Origin: Burkholderiales bacterium
GTDB taxonomy: Bacteria > Pseudomonadota > Gammaproteobacteria > Burkholderiales > SG8-39
DNA length: 50,708 nucleotides
Direction of reading: 5' to 3'
NCBI GenBank assembly: GCA_036006885.1
Contig: DASYPG010000162.1
Location: 1 to 50,708, forward strand
In this document: positions 1 to 10,534 of the stretch, one piece after another
How positions within the stretch are numbered: the stretch's first letter is position 1
How the letters are laid out: the number at the start of each line of letters is the position of its first letter
Notes under the pieces: model-generated
What the model was told of the DNA's origin: nothing
The model's input: the letters and a program-made list of their open reading frames with translations, nothing else
Database searches by the model: none
Position numbers and translations under genes: made by a program

Positions 1-1
1 C

Positions 2-883
2 CAGATCGGTATCTTCGTCATCCTCGCCTCGAGCTTCAACCTGATCATCGGCTACGGCGGGCTGATGAGCATCGCACACCCGATCTTCTTCGCGCTCGGC
101 GCCTATGGCTCGGCGCTTCTGTGCCAGGCGAGCGGGATTCCGGTGCCCATCGGTATGGTGTTTGGCATTGCGGTCGCGATGCTGGCTTCCGTCGCGGTGG
201 CACTGCCGTCGCTTCGCGTCTCCGGCGACTACCTCGTCATCGCCAGCATCGGCCTGCAGCTTGGCGTGCTGCAGATCATCAAGAATTCGGAGTGGACCGG
301 CGGCCCAGGCGGCTTCACCAATATTGCGCCGCTCATCAAGACGACCGGCCCGGCGGCGATCTGGGGCTACGTCGCACTCGTGGCCGTCGCCGCATTGGCG
401 ACGATCCTGGTGGTGCGCTGGCTCGTGAGCGGCGACTATGGGCGCGCCATTGCCGCGATGCGCGACGACGAGGAGGCGTTCAGGTCGCTCGGGCACGATG
501 CGGTGAGCATCAAGCTCGTACTATTCGCCGTCGGGTCCGGATTGGCCGGGCTCGCCGGCGGGCTCTACGCCCACTATTTCCTGTTTGTCACGCCGGAGCA
601 GTTCGAAATCCTGTATTCGGCCGCGATGCTCACCATGGTCGTGGTCGGGGGCATCCGCACGGCGTGGGGGCCAGCCCTAGGCGCAGTGCTCCTGCAGTTC
701 CTGCCCCAGGCGATCAACTTCCTCAAGCTGCCCTCTTCGGTGACCGGGCCGCTGCAGGGCATCCTGTTTACCGGGCTGGTGCTCGTTTTTCTGTTCCTTC
801 GGCCGCAAGGGCTGCTTGGCCGCGCGCCCGGCACGCGCACCATCGTTGAAGAGGACGACACGACCGAGGCGGCCCCCAGGTGA
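2..883 (+). CDS. Liv-type (HAAT family) ABC transporter permease, LivM-like; 5' end outside window
   Basis: The frame of ORF 65..883 stays open back to nt 2 (QIGIFVILASSFNLIIGYGGLMSIAHPIFFALGAYG, a LivM/LivH-type core). The protein is hydrophobic and multi-TM. Its stop overlaps the next start (GTGA at 880-883). Confidence 0.8.
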   Translation, partial: QIGIFVILASSFNLIIGYGGLMSIAHPIFFALGAYGSALLCQASGIPVPIGMVFGIAVAMLASVAVALPSLRVSGDYLVIASIGLQLGVLQIIKNSEWTGGPGGFTNIAPLIKTTGPAAIWGYVALVAVAALATILVVRWLVSGDYGRAIAAMRDDEEAFRSLGHDAVSIKLVLFAVGSGLAGLAGGLYAHYFLFVTPEQFEILYSAAMLTMVVVGGIRTAWGPALGAVLLQFLPQAINFLKLPSSVTGPLQGILFTGLVLVFLFLRPQGLLGRAPGTRTIVEEDDTTEAAPR

Positions 884-1632
884 GCGAAGTCGTCCGCACG
901 GAAGGGTTAATCAAGCGCTTCGGCGGCGTGGTCGTCGCTGACGGCGTCAACCTCAGCCTGAAGAGCGGCCAGATCGTCGGCCTCATAGGCCCCAATGGCG
1001 CTGGCAAGACCTCGCTCTTCAACCTCATCAGCGGCGTGATTGCGGCCGACGCCGGTGCAGTCAAGCTGCACGGGCAGGAAGTGAGCAGGCTGCCCATGCA
1101 TGCACGCGCGCGCCTCGGGATCGCGCGCAGCTGGCAGCACAACCGCCTGTTTCCCTCGCTCACCGTGATGGAGAATCTCCTGCTGGGCGAGCGCCGCCGT
1201 CCCGGCGCCTCGCCGGTCGGGGCCTACTCTCGCGGCTTCGTGCGCTCGCCGGCCGAGACCCGGGAGCGCGCCATGGCGCAGCTGGAGAAGGTGCGCATGA
1301 CGCACGCAGCCCACCGCTTTCCGGCCGAGTTCTCCTACGGCAAGCAGAAGCTGATCAGCCTCGCGCGCGTGCTGATGAACGACGGCGCTTGCCTGCTGCT
1401 CGACGAGCCGATGGCCGGCGTCGAGGGGCCGGCGTACGAGTCGATCAAGAGCGTGGTGCGCGCGGAGGCGGCGGCGGGGCGCGCGATCTGCGTGGTCGAG
1501 CACAACATCTCCTTCATCAAGGATCTGTGCGACCTCGCGGTGTTCATGTTCGCCGGCCGCATCGTCCAGACCGGCACCGTGGACGAGATGATGCGCAGCC
1601 CCCAGCTCACCGAGCTCTACTTCGGCGCCTGA
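880..1632 (+). CDS. ABC transporter ATP-binding protein, LivG-like
   Basis: Walker A GPNGAGKT, signature-like FSYGKQK and Walker B LLLDEPMAG. GTG start is coupled to the upstream permease. Confidence 0.85.
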   Translation: MSEVVRTEGLIKRFGGVVVADGVNLSLKSGQIVGLIGPNGAGKTSLFNLISGVIAADAGAVKLHGQEVSRLPMHARARLGIARSWQHNRLFPSLTVMENLLLGERRRPGASPVGAYSRGFVRSPAETRERAMAQLEKVRMTHAAHRFPAEFSYGKQKLISLARVLMNDGACLLLDEPMAGVEGPAYESIKSVVRAEAAAGRAICVVEHNISFIKDLCDLAVFMFAGRIVQTGTVDEMMRSPQLTELYFGA

Positions 1633-1638
1633 TCAGGC

Positions 1639-2331
1639 ATGACCGCGTTGCTCACCTGCACCGACCTCCACGCCTGGTACGGTTCGCTCCATGCGCTGAA
1701 GGGTGTGTCCGTCAGCTTCGCCGAGCGCGAGCGCATCGCGGTATTCGGGCACAACGGCTCGGGCAAGTCGACCCTGTTCAAGTGCTGCGTCGGCTCCCTT
1801 GCAACGCGAACGGGGGCCATCGAGTTCGCCGGCCAGGCCGTCACGCCTGGCGCGGTACACCGCAACGTGCAGCTTGGCATGGGCTTCGTGCCGCAGGACC
1901 GCAACGTATTCAGGGATCTCTCCGTCGAGCGCAATCTGCGCATCGCCGGCCTCAAGCGGCGGAACGACGACCTCGCGCCGATCTGGGAACTCTTTCCCGT
2001 GCTGCGCTCGCGGCGCAACCAGGACGCCGGCACCATGAGCGGCGGCGAGCAGCAAATGGTGGCGCTTGGCATGGCGCTCATGACGCAGCCGAAGATGCTG
2101 CTGCTCGACGAGCCGACCACGGGGCTTGCGCCGGCGCTCGCGAAGAACGTGCTCGAGACGGTCGAGCGCATCAGCCTGAGTCTGGGCATCGCCATCCTGA
2201 TCATCGAGCAGAACGTGCCGCGCACGCTCGCCATCGCCGATCGCGCGATCATCATGAAAGGCGGCCGCGTATTGTCCGACGGGCCGGCGCAGGCCCTGCT
2301 CGGCAAGCAGGATCTCTGGAACTGGTTCTAG
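1639..2331 (+). CDS. ABC transporter ATP-binding protein, LivF-like
   Basis: Walker A GHNGSGKST, signature MSGGEQQ and Walker B LLLDEPTTGLAP. At 230 aa it is typical of the second ATPase of Liv/Urt-type systems. Confidence 0.85.
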   Translation: MTALLTCTDLHAWYGSLHALKGVSVSFAERERIAVFGHNGSGKSTLFKCCVGSLATRTGAIEFAGQAVTPGAVHRNVQLGMGFVPQDRNVFRDLSVERNLRIAGLKRRNDDLAPIWELFPVLRSRRNQDAGTMSGGEQQMVALGMALMTQPKMLLLDEPTTGLAPALAKNVLETVERISLSLGIAILIIEQNVPRTLAIADRAIIMKGGRVLSDGPAQALLGKQDLWNWF

Positions 2332-2334
2332 CGG

Positions 2335-3728
2335 CTACTTGACCTTGCCTGGAATCGGCGGCTGCCCGATGCGGCGCCACAGGTATTTGCCGTGACCGCC
2401 CTTGCCAACCACCTTGTTATCGTCCATCACGGTAACGCCGCGCGAGATCGCGCGCACGGGCCAGCCTTTGAAGTTCCAGCCTTCGTGCAGGTTGTACTCG
2501 GCGTACGAGGCGAAATCGGCGGCGTGCAGCTCGCGCTCCTTGTTGAGATCGACCAGCGTGAAATCGGCGTCCGCGCCGGGCGCGAGGGAGCCCTTGAGCG
2601 GCGAGAGGTCGAACACCTTCGCCGGAACGGAGCCGAGGAGCTGGCAGATGCGCTGCAACGGGAGCTTTCTCTTGTGATAGCCCTCCGAGAGCATCACCGG
2701 CAGCATGCTCGCGGTGGCGGGAAAGCCCTGCGAAGCGAGCCAGAGCGGCTTGTCCTTGTTGACCTTCTTGCGGGCGTTGTGGTCGGAGGCGACGAGGTCG
2801 ACGGTGCCGTCGAAGATCGCTTCCCAGATCGCCTCGAGGTCGTCCTTCGTGCGGAACGGCGGGTTCGCCTTGCCCATGCCGCCCAGGTCGGAATCTTCCG
2901 TGTGCGTGAGGTAGTGCGGGCAGGTCTCGACGATCACGTCCTTGAAGCGGCTGCGCCAGAAGCGGATTACATCGAGCGCCTTGCGCGACGAGATGTGCGG
3001 GAAGTACACCCGCGCCCCGAGCTCTTCAGCGAGGTACATGGCGCGCAGCGCGGGCTCCGACTCGGTGATCGCCGGCTTGGATGCGGACCAGTCTTTCAGC
3101 GTGTTGCCGCCGCGCGCCTGGACCTTGCGCCGCTCGCGGTTGACGATCTCGATGTTCTCGGTGTGGCAGACGACGATCGGCCGGCCGACGCGGGCGGACT
3201 CCTTCAGGAGGTCGTAGAAGTAGCCGTCGTCGGTGCCGTCGAGGCCGAGGTAACGGCCTTCCTCACCCTTGAAGTTCATGAAGTACTTGAACGACGTGAC
3301 GCCGTAGTCCTTCACGTACTCGCCCAGCTCCTTGATGTGCAGCTCGTTCGCCGTGCTGAAGTGGAAGCCGAAGTCGACGTGCGCGCGTTCGACCGCGTGC
3401 TGGAGCTCGCGGCGGAAGACGTCGCCGTACGCCTCGTTGTTGAGGAAATAGCCGAGGACGGTCGTGAAGCCGCCCTGTGCGGCGTTGGCGGTCTCGGTCG
3501 AGTACTCGGTGATCTTTTCTCCCATGCCGAAGTGCACATGGCAGTCGATCAGGCCCGGGAATACGTGCAGCCCCTTCGCCGACTGCTCCGGCACGACCGG
3601 CGAGGAATTGGAAACTGAGGCGCCCGGCGCCAGCAGCGAATCGATCTTGCCGCCCTTCACGAGCACGTCCTTCTTCTCCGGCTCGCGGTCCGGAAATACC
3701 AGCGTGCCGCCGCGCAATACGAAGTCGG

Positions 3729-3732
<4 letters not shown>
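2335..3732 (-). CDS. Cyclic amidohydrolase of the dihydropyrimidinase / D-hydantoinase / allantoinase group (465 aa)
   Basis: Start taken at ATG 3732 (MTDFVLRGGTLVF). The 141 upstream codons of ORF 2335..4155 are Arg/Ala/Gly-rich and overlap the next gene. Metal ligands occur in the expected order: HxH (LIDCHVHFG), carboxylatable Lys (SFKYFMNFK), H (VVCHTEN), H (YFPHISS) and D (VASDHN). Confidence 0.85.
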
Positions 3733-4732
<1,000 letters not shown>

Positions 4733-4736
<4 letters not shown>

Positions 4737-5653
4737 GAGCGGCGCTTCTGGTCGCCGAAGAGCTGCAGCATGGCCTCGCGCAGCCAGCGATTCGCCGAGT
4801 CGTTCTCCACGCGCGCATGCCAGTAGAGCGAGACGGCGAAGCTCGGGATGGAGATCGGCAGCGGATGGACCTTTACCTTCACCAGGCCCGCCCACACGTC
4901 CGCGACGTGGGCCGGCAGGCTGACGATGAGATCGGTGCCCGCGACGATGAGCGGGATGACCACAAAATGGGGTACGCGCAGCGCGACGTTCTGCTCCACG
5001 CCATGCTCGGCAAGCGCGCGCTCGAGCTGCTGGTGGCCGGAGCCCATCGAGGAAATGAGCACGTGGCGCGCCGAAAGGAACTCCTTCAGCGTGAGCGCGC
5101 CGCCGCGGCGGCCGAGCGGATGATCCGGGCCCGTCATGCACACGTAGTGCTCCTCGAAGAGCGGTGCGCGCCGGATCTTGTCGCGGAGCTGCGGCAGGTA
5201 GCCGACGGCGAGGTCGATGTCGCCGGTCTCCATGCGCACGGCGAGCTCGGCGGCCGGCAGCTGCGCCGTCTCCAGGCGCAGCTGCGGGCTTTCCTGGTGG
5301 AGGTGGCGCATGAGCGCCGGCAGCAGCACCGTCTCGCCAACATCGGTCATGTATACCCGCAGGCTGCGCGCGGTGCGGCGCGGATCGAAGGCCTCGCGGC
5401 CGTTGAGTGCGCGGCGCACCATGGCGAGGGCATCGGTCAGCGAGGGCGCGAGCTCGAGTGCGCGCGGCGTCGGCAGCATGCCGGCGCGCGTGTTGACGAA
5501 TAGCGGATCGCCGAGCTCGCGGCGCAGCCGCCCGAGCGCGCTGCTCATCGCCGATTGCGTGAGTCCTATGTCGGCCGCGGCGCGCGTGACGTTGCCGTGG
5601 CGGAGCAGCGCCTCGAACACCGGCAGCAAATTCAGATCCGGCGTTTCGTTCAC
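4733..5653 (-). CDS. LysR-family transcriptional regulator (306 aa)
   Basis: GTG start at 5653 (VNETPDLNLLPVFEALLRHGNVTRAAADIGLTQSAMSSALGRLR, an LTTR wHTH). No ATG lies upstream before the HTH. Its stop overlaps the COG0523 start. Confidence 0.8.
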
Positions 5654-5677
5654 GTATTTACACTGTGGATGAAAGCA

Positions 5678-5692
5678 ATCAACGCCATCGAT
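5678..5692. promoter_or_regulatory. Candidate LTTR box (ATC-N9-GAT, a T-N11-A type dyad) in the divergent intergenic region
   Basis: ATCAACGCCATCGAT lies in the AT-richer 90-bp gap between the LysR gene and the isochorismatase-like gene. AGGAGA (5731-5736) sits upstream of ATG 5744. Confidence 0.3.
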
Positions 5693-5743
5693 TTGACTGA
5701 TAATTATAGGTCTGCCTAGACTCAATCGAGAGGAGAGCCGCGC

Positions 5744-6454
5744 ATGAAACCCTGGGACGGCATCGTCAGCGAGGAAGACCAGAAGCAGACCTTCGCGGCC
5801 GGCTTCGGCCGTCCGGGCGGCGTCGGCAAGCGTCCGGCGCTCCTCATCATCGACGTTCAGTACCGCACCATCGGCACGACGCCGAAGCCCTTCTGGGAGG
5901 CGATCAAGGAATATCCGACATCGTGCGGCGAGGTCGGCTGGAACGCGGTGCGCAACATCGCGCTGCTGCTCGCCGAATTCCGCCGCAACGAGTGGCCGGT
6001 GCTCTATCCGCACGTCGCGCCGAAGAACAAGGCTACCGACGGCGGCCGCCTCGCCGAGAAAGTGCCCGCGATCATGAACATCCCGCAGAAGGGCTACGAG
6101 TTTCCGGCTGAGATCGCGCCGCGCGAAGGCGATGTGCTGCTGCCGAAGAAGCACCCGAGCGCCTTCTTCGCCACGCCGCTCGTCAGCCACCTCATCGATC
6201 TCGGCGCCGACACGCTGGTGGTGACCGGCTGCACGACGAGCGGGTGCGTGCGAGGCAGCGTGGTGGACGGCTTCGCCTACAACTTCCGTGTCCTGGTGCC
6301 GCACGACGCGGTGTACGACCGCTGCTCCGCCTCGCATGCCGTGAACCTCTTCGACATGGCGGCGAAGTACGCGGACGTCGGCACTAGCGCCGAGATCCTG
6401 GAAAAGCTGCGGCCACTCGCGAAGAGCGCCGAGCCTGTGCGCAAGGTCGGCTGA
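5744..6454 (+). CDS. Isochorismatase-family cysteine hydrolase (N-carbamoylsarcosine amidase / RutB / NicF / BiuH-like amidase)
   Basis: Complete D-K-C triad in context: LLIIDVQY, LLPKKHPSAFF and VVTGCTTSGCVRGS. Good RBS. Divergent from the LysR gene. Confidence 0.8.
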   Translation: MKPWDGIVSEEDQKQTFAAGFGRPGGVGKRPALLIIDVQYRTIGTTPKPFWEAIKEYPTSCGEVGWNAVRNIALLLAEFRRNEWPVLYPHVAPKNKATDGGRLAEKVPAIMNIPQKGYEFPAEIAPREGDVLLPKKHPSAFFATPLVSHLIDLGADTLVVTGCTTSGCVRGSVVDGFAYNFRVLVPHDAVYDRCSASHAVNLFDMAAKYADVGTSAEILEKLRPLAKSAEPVRKVG

Positions 6455-6461
6455 GCGCTCC

Positions 6462-7016
6462 GTGCGCGAGGCCGTACTCGTCCTCGACATGACGCGGGAC
6501 TCGATCGCGCCCGAGGCGCGCGCGGTCGAGATGCGCCGCGCTATCCTTTCCGGAGTGAAGAGCTACCTCGCATGGGCGCGCGGCAAGGGCATGCCGGTGG
6601 TGTTCGTCTGCAGCGCGCGCCGGCGCACGGACAAGTGGTTCCTCAAGCACTGGGAGCTCGCCAACGAGATCTGGCAGCCGGGTCAGCAGCCGATCGCCGA
6701 GCTCTTCGACGCGAGCAAGGACATCATCGTCCACAAGCGCCGCTACAGCGGCTTCTTCGCCTCCGACCTCGAGATCACGCTGCGCGAGCTCGAGGTCGAT
6801 TCCCTGCAGCTCATCGGCTGGTCGACGGCGCTCGCGGTGGCGACCACGGCGGTCGACGCCTGGCAGCTCGGCTTCCCGACGACCGTGGTGAGCGATCTCA
6901 CGATCGCGCACGCCTGGGGCGGGCACACGGTCGACGAGAGTCAGAAGTGGTCGCTCGACTACATCGCGGCGATGGCGAAGTCGAGGATCGTTCGGTCTGA
7001 AGAACTGATGCAATGA
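6462..7016 (+). CDS. Isochorismatase-fold paralog lacking the nucleophilic Cys (184 aa)
   Basis: GTG start. The Asp (LVLDMTRD) and Lys (IVHKRRYSGFF) motifs are present. The GxxTxxCVxxTxxDA block reads GWSTALAVATTAVDA, so Cys is replaced by Ala. Confidence 0.7.
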   Translation: MREAVLVLDMTRDSIAPEARAVEMRRAILSGVKSYLAWARGKGMPVVFVCSARRRTDKWFLKHWELANEIWQPGQQPIAELFDASKDIIVHKRRYSGFFASDLEITLRELEVDSLQLIGWSTALAVATTAVDAWQLGFPTTVVSDLTIAHAWGGHTVDESQKWSLDYIAAMAKSRIVRSEELMQ

Positions 7017-9667
7017 GCATCGACGGGCGCGCCACGAGGCGCGAGCTGTGTGCCGGCGGCTCTGCATTCGAGTACTACAGCATCGCGGCGGCGGAGGAGC
7101 TCGGCCTCGCCGGCGTGTCGCGGCTACCGTTCTCGCTCAAGGTCGTCCTCGAAAACGTGCTGCGACAGCAGGGCGAGGGCCGCTCGGACGGCGCCGACAT
7201 CGCGGCGGTAGCCGGATGGCTCGCCACGCGCCGAGCCGAGCGCGAGATCGCGTTCCGCTTTACGCGCGTGCTGATGCCTGATTCCTCCGGCGTGCCGCTG
7301 CTCGGCGACCTGGCCGCGATGCGCGACGCGACGATCCGCCTCGGCGGCGACCCGAAGCGGCTCAATCCTTCCGTGCCGGTGGATCTCGTCGTCGATCACT
7401 CGGTGATGGTGGATGCCTACGGCACGCCGGACGCCGCGGTTCGCAATCAGGCGCTCGAGCTGCAGCGCAATGCCGAGCGCTATGCCTTCCTGCGCTGGGG
7501 CGGACAATCGTTCGCGAATCTGCGCATCGTGCCGCCCGGCAACGGCATCTGCCACCAGGTGAATCTCGAATATCTCGCGCGCGTGGTGTGGACCGCCGAG
7601 CGCGACGGCCGGCGCGTCGCGTATCCCGATTCCGTGCTCGGCATGGACAGCCATACCGCGATGATCAACAGCCTCGGGATCCTCGGCTGGGGCGTCGGCG
7701 GGCTCGAGGGCGGGGCGGGTGCGCTCGGCGAATCGATCGCCATGCTGGTGCCCGAAGTCGTCGGCGTTCGCCTCGTGGGCAAGCTCAAGCCCGGCGTAAC
7801 GGCTACCGATCTCGTGCTCACCGTGACGCAGACGCTCCGCCGGCACAAGGTCGTCGACAAGTTCGTCGAGTATTTCGGGCCAGGCGTCGCCGAGCTCGCA
7901 CTGCCCGACCGCGCCACGATCTCCAACATGACTCCGGAGAACGGGGCCACGATGGGCTTCTTTCCGGTCGACGCCGAAACGCTGCGCTATCTCCGGCTCA
8001 CCGGCCGCGACGAGGCGCAGGTCGCGCTGGTGGAAGCCTATTGCAAGGCGCAGGGCCTGTGGCGCGATGCGAATACGCCGCCGCCCGAGTTCACCGGGGT
8101 GATGGAGATCGATCTCGCTGCCGTCGAGCCGAGCGTCTCGGGTCCCAGCCGGCCGCAGGACCGCGTGCCGCTGGGCGAGGCACCTTTGGTGTTCAAAAAA
8201 TTCCTCGGGAGGGGCGTTTCCGAAAAACCCACCTTGAAAGACGGCGACGTCGTCATCGCCGCCATTACGAGCTGCACGAACACGTCGAATCCCGCGGTGA
8301 TGATCGGCGCGGGGCTGCTCGCGCGCAATGCGGTGGCGCGCGGGCTGAAGCCGCGTCCCTGGGTGAAGACGTCGCTCTCGCCCGGCTCGCGCGTGGTCGC
8401 CGATTACCTGGAGAAGAGCGGGCTGCAAACCTCGCTCGACGCGCTCGGCTTCCAGCCCGCGGGCTACGGCTGCATGACGTGCATGGGCAATTCCGGACCG
8501 CTGCCGCCGGAGGTGGACGAGGCGATCAAGGACGGCGGCTTGACCGCCGTTGCAGTGCTGTCCGGCAACCGCAACTTCGAGGGCCGCGTGCATCCAGCGG
8601 TCCGCGCCGCCTTCCTCGCATCGCCGCCGCTCGTGGTGGCATACGCGCTTGCCGGTAGCGTGCTGGTGGATCTCGCCTCCGAGCCGCTCGGCGAGGATGC
8701 GCAGGGCGGCCAGGTGTATTTGCGCGACATCTGGCCGGAGCGCGGCGAGATCGACAGCGTCATAAAAAAAACAATTAACCCAGCGCTGTATCGCGAACGG
8801 TACGCCGACATAGGCGAGGATTCGCCGCAATGGCGCGCGCTCGCCTCCGGCACCGGCACGACGTTCACGTGGAACGAGCGCAGCACGTTCATCCGCCGGC
8901 CACCGTTCTTCGACGACATGCGCGCCGAGCCCGAGGGGCCGGCCGACATCCGTAGCGCGCGCGTGCTCGGCATGTTCGGCGACATGTTCACCACCGACCA
9001 TATTTCGCCGATCGGCGTGATCTCCAAAGGGACACCGGCTGCGGGGTATCTGGCCTCGCTCGGCATCGCGCCGCGCGACTTCGTCAACTACGCTGCGCGC
9101 CGCTTGAACCACGATGTCATGATCCGCGGCACCTTCGCCAGCACGCGCGTGCGCAACGAGATGACGCCCAATGTGGAAGGCAGCTCTACGGTGCACTATC
9201 CCGACGCCGAGCGCATGCCCATTCACGCCGCTGCCGCGCGCTACCGAGAGTACGGCGTGCCGCTGGTGGTGATCGCCGGCGCGGAGTACGGCGCCGGCTC
9301 CTCGCGCGACTGGGCGGCCAAGGGAACGCGATTGCTCGGCGTGCGCGCCGTCATCGCCGAGGGTTTCGAGCGCATCCACCGCTCGAACCTCGTCGGCATG
9401 GGTGTGCTGCCGCTCGAGTTTCCCGCCGGCGTGACGCGCAAGACGCTCGCGCTCGCGGGTGATGAGGTCATCGACGTCGTCGGTATCAATGGCACGATGG
9501 CGCCGCGCAGCCAGCTCGACTGCACTATCACGCGCGCCGACGGCAGGCCCGAGCGCTTACGCCTGCTCGCCCGCCTCGACACCAAGCGCGAGGTCGAGTA
9601 TTTCCGCCACGGCGGCCTGCTGCACTACGTGGTGCGGCACCGCCTTTCACATGAGGTCCCAGCATGA
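7013..9667 (+). CDS. acnA: Aconitate hydratase, AcnA/IRP type (884 aa)
   Basis: N-terminus is ...LPFSLKVVLENVLR. Fe-S cysteine ligands ITSCTNTSNP and GYGCMTCMGNSG are present and the length is typical. ATGA overlaps at both ends. Confidence 0.9.
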   Translation: MSIDGRATRRELCAGGSAFEYYSIAAAEELGLAGVSRLPFSLKVVLENVLRQQGEGRSDGADIAAVAGWLATRRAEREIAFRFTRVLMPDSSGVPLLGDLAAMRDATIRLGGDPKRLNPSVPVDLVVDHSVMVDAYGTPDAAVRNQALELQRNAERYAFLRWGGQSFANLRIVPPGNGICHQVNLEYLARVVWTAERDGRRVAYPDSVLGMDSHTAMINSLGILGWGVGGLEGGAGALGESIAMLVPEVVGVRLVGKLKPGVTATDLVLTVTQTLRRHKVVDKFVEYFGPGVAELALPDRATISNMTPENGATMGFFPVDAETLRYLRLTGRDEAQVALVEAYCKAQGLWRDANTPPPEFTGVMEIDLAAVEPSVSGPSRPQDRVPLGEAPLVFKKFLGRGVSEKPTLKDGDVVIAAITSCTNTSNPAVMIGAGLLARNAVARGLKPRPWVKTSLSPGSRVVADYLEKSGLQTSLDALGFQPAGYGCMTCMGNSGPLPPEVDEAIKDGGLTAVAVLSGNRNFEGRVHPAVRAAFLASPPLVVAYALAGSVLVDLASEPLGEDAQGGQVYLRDIWPERGEIDSVIKKTINPALYRERYADIGEDSPQWRALASGTGTTFTWNERSTFIRRPPFFDDMRAEPEGPADIRSARVLGMFGDMFTTDHISPIGVISKGTPAAGYLASLGIAPRDFVNYAARRLNHDVMIRGTFASTRVRNEMTPNVEGSSTVHYPDAERMPIHAAAARYREYGVPLVVIAGAEYGAGSSRDWAAKGTRLLGVRAVIAEGFERIHRSNLVGMGVLPLEFPAGVTRKTLALAGDEVIDVVGINGTMAPRSQLDCTITRADGRPERLRLLARLDTKREVEYFRHGGLLHYVVRHRLSHEVPA

Positions 9668-10530
9668 ATCCCAGGAAGAAGTTCCGCGAGCTCATCGGTG
9701 GACGCCGCTACGTCGTCGTGCCGGGCGCATACGACACGCTCACCGCGCGCCTGGTGCAGGGGGCCGGCTTCGATGCCGTCTACCTCACGGGCGGCGGCTA
9801 TTCGCGCGCGAATGGCTATCCCGACATCGGCCTCATCACCATGAGCGAGGTCACCCAATGGATCTCGCGCACGGTCGACGCCGTGGAGATCCCGGTGATC
9901 GCCGACATGGACGCCGGCTATGGCAATGCGCTCAACGTTATAAGAAGCGTGCGCGAGTACGAGAAGACCGGCGTTTCGGCGTTCCACCTCGAGGACCAGG
10001 TGTCGCCGAAGAAATGCGGCCACTACGAGGGCAAGCAGGTGGTCTCGAAGGCCGAGATGGTGGGCAAGATCAAGGCGGCAGTGGACACGCGGCGCGACGC
10101 CGACATGGTGATCATCGCCCGCTCCGACGCCCGCGCGATCGAGGGCTTGCAGGCCGCGCTCGACCGCGTGAACGCGTATCTCGAGGCGGGCGCGGACGTC
10201 GGCTTCGTCGAGGCGCCTCAGTCGCGTGACGAATTGGCGGCGGCGGCCCGGCAGCTGAAGAAACCTTCGCTCGTCAACATCTTCGAGGGCGGGAAGACGC
10301 CGGTGCTGCCGGTGCGCGAGCTCGAGGCGATGGGCCATCGCATCGGCATCTATCCCTCGCAGACGCATCGCGCGGCGATCGCGGCGGCGAAGAAAGTACT
10401 TGCCGTGCTGAAGCGCGACGGCGACACCGCCGCCATGGATTCGGAGCTCGCCACTTTCATGGACCGCGAGGAGGCGGTGAATTCCAAGCACTGGCGCGAT
10501 CTCGAGACGAAATACCTGAAAGACGTCTGA
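9664..10530 (+). CDS. Isocitrate lyase / PEP mutase superfamily lyase (2-methylisocitrate lyase / dimethylmalate lyase-like), 288 aa
   Basis: GAYDTLTARL, DMDAGYGN and the lyase-type loop EDQVSPKKCGH (K-K/R-C-G-H). This argues for C-C lyase rather than mutase chemistry. Confidence 0.8.
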   Translation: MNPRKKFRELIGGRRYVVVPGAYDTLTARLVQGAGFDAVYLTGGGYSRANGYPDIGLITMSEVTQWISRTVDAVEIPVIADMDAGYGNALNVIRSVREYEKTGVSAFHLEDQVSPKKCGHYEGKQVVSKAEMVGKIKAAVDTRRDADMVIIARSDARAIEGLQAALDRVNAYLEAGADVGFVEAPQSRDELAAAARQLKKPSLVNIFEGGKTPVLPVRELEAMGHRIGIYPSQTHRAAIAAAKKVLAVLKRDGDTAAMDSELATFMDREEAVNSKHWRDLETKYLKDV

Positions 10531-10534
10531 GCGC

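Noticed and set aside
8195-8200. A second A-run (A6, TTC AAA AAA TTC) in the aconitase gene as a frameshift site.
   Set aside because: It is preceded by C, so it does not form an X-XXY-YYZ heptamer. It is also shorter than runs known to slip efficiently.
7124-9379. A 751-aa ORF on the minus strand, antisense to the aconitase gene. Other long antisense or out-of-frame ORFs are similar: 907-1503, 1617-2306, 2392-3618, 14393-15697, 17932-20634, 23138-24700, 28313-29914, 30108-31295, 33569-35176, 35376-36449, 36684-38180, 39096-40124, 40620-42053, 41977-44211, 45055-46812 and 47242-48468.
   Set aside because: These are typical GC-rich shadow ORFs. Their translations are Arg/Ala/Gly/Pro-rich with no family motifs. 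Each is fully overlapped by a gene in another frame that carries unmistakable catalytic motifs.
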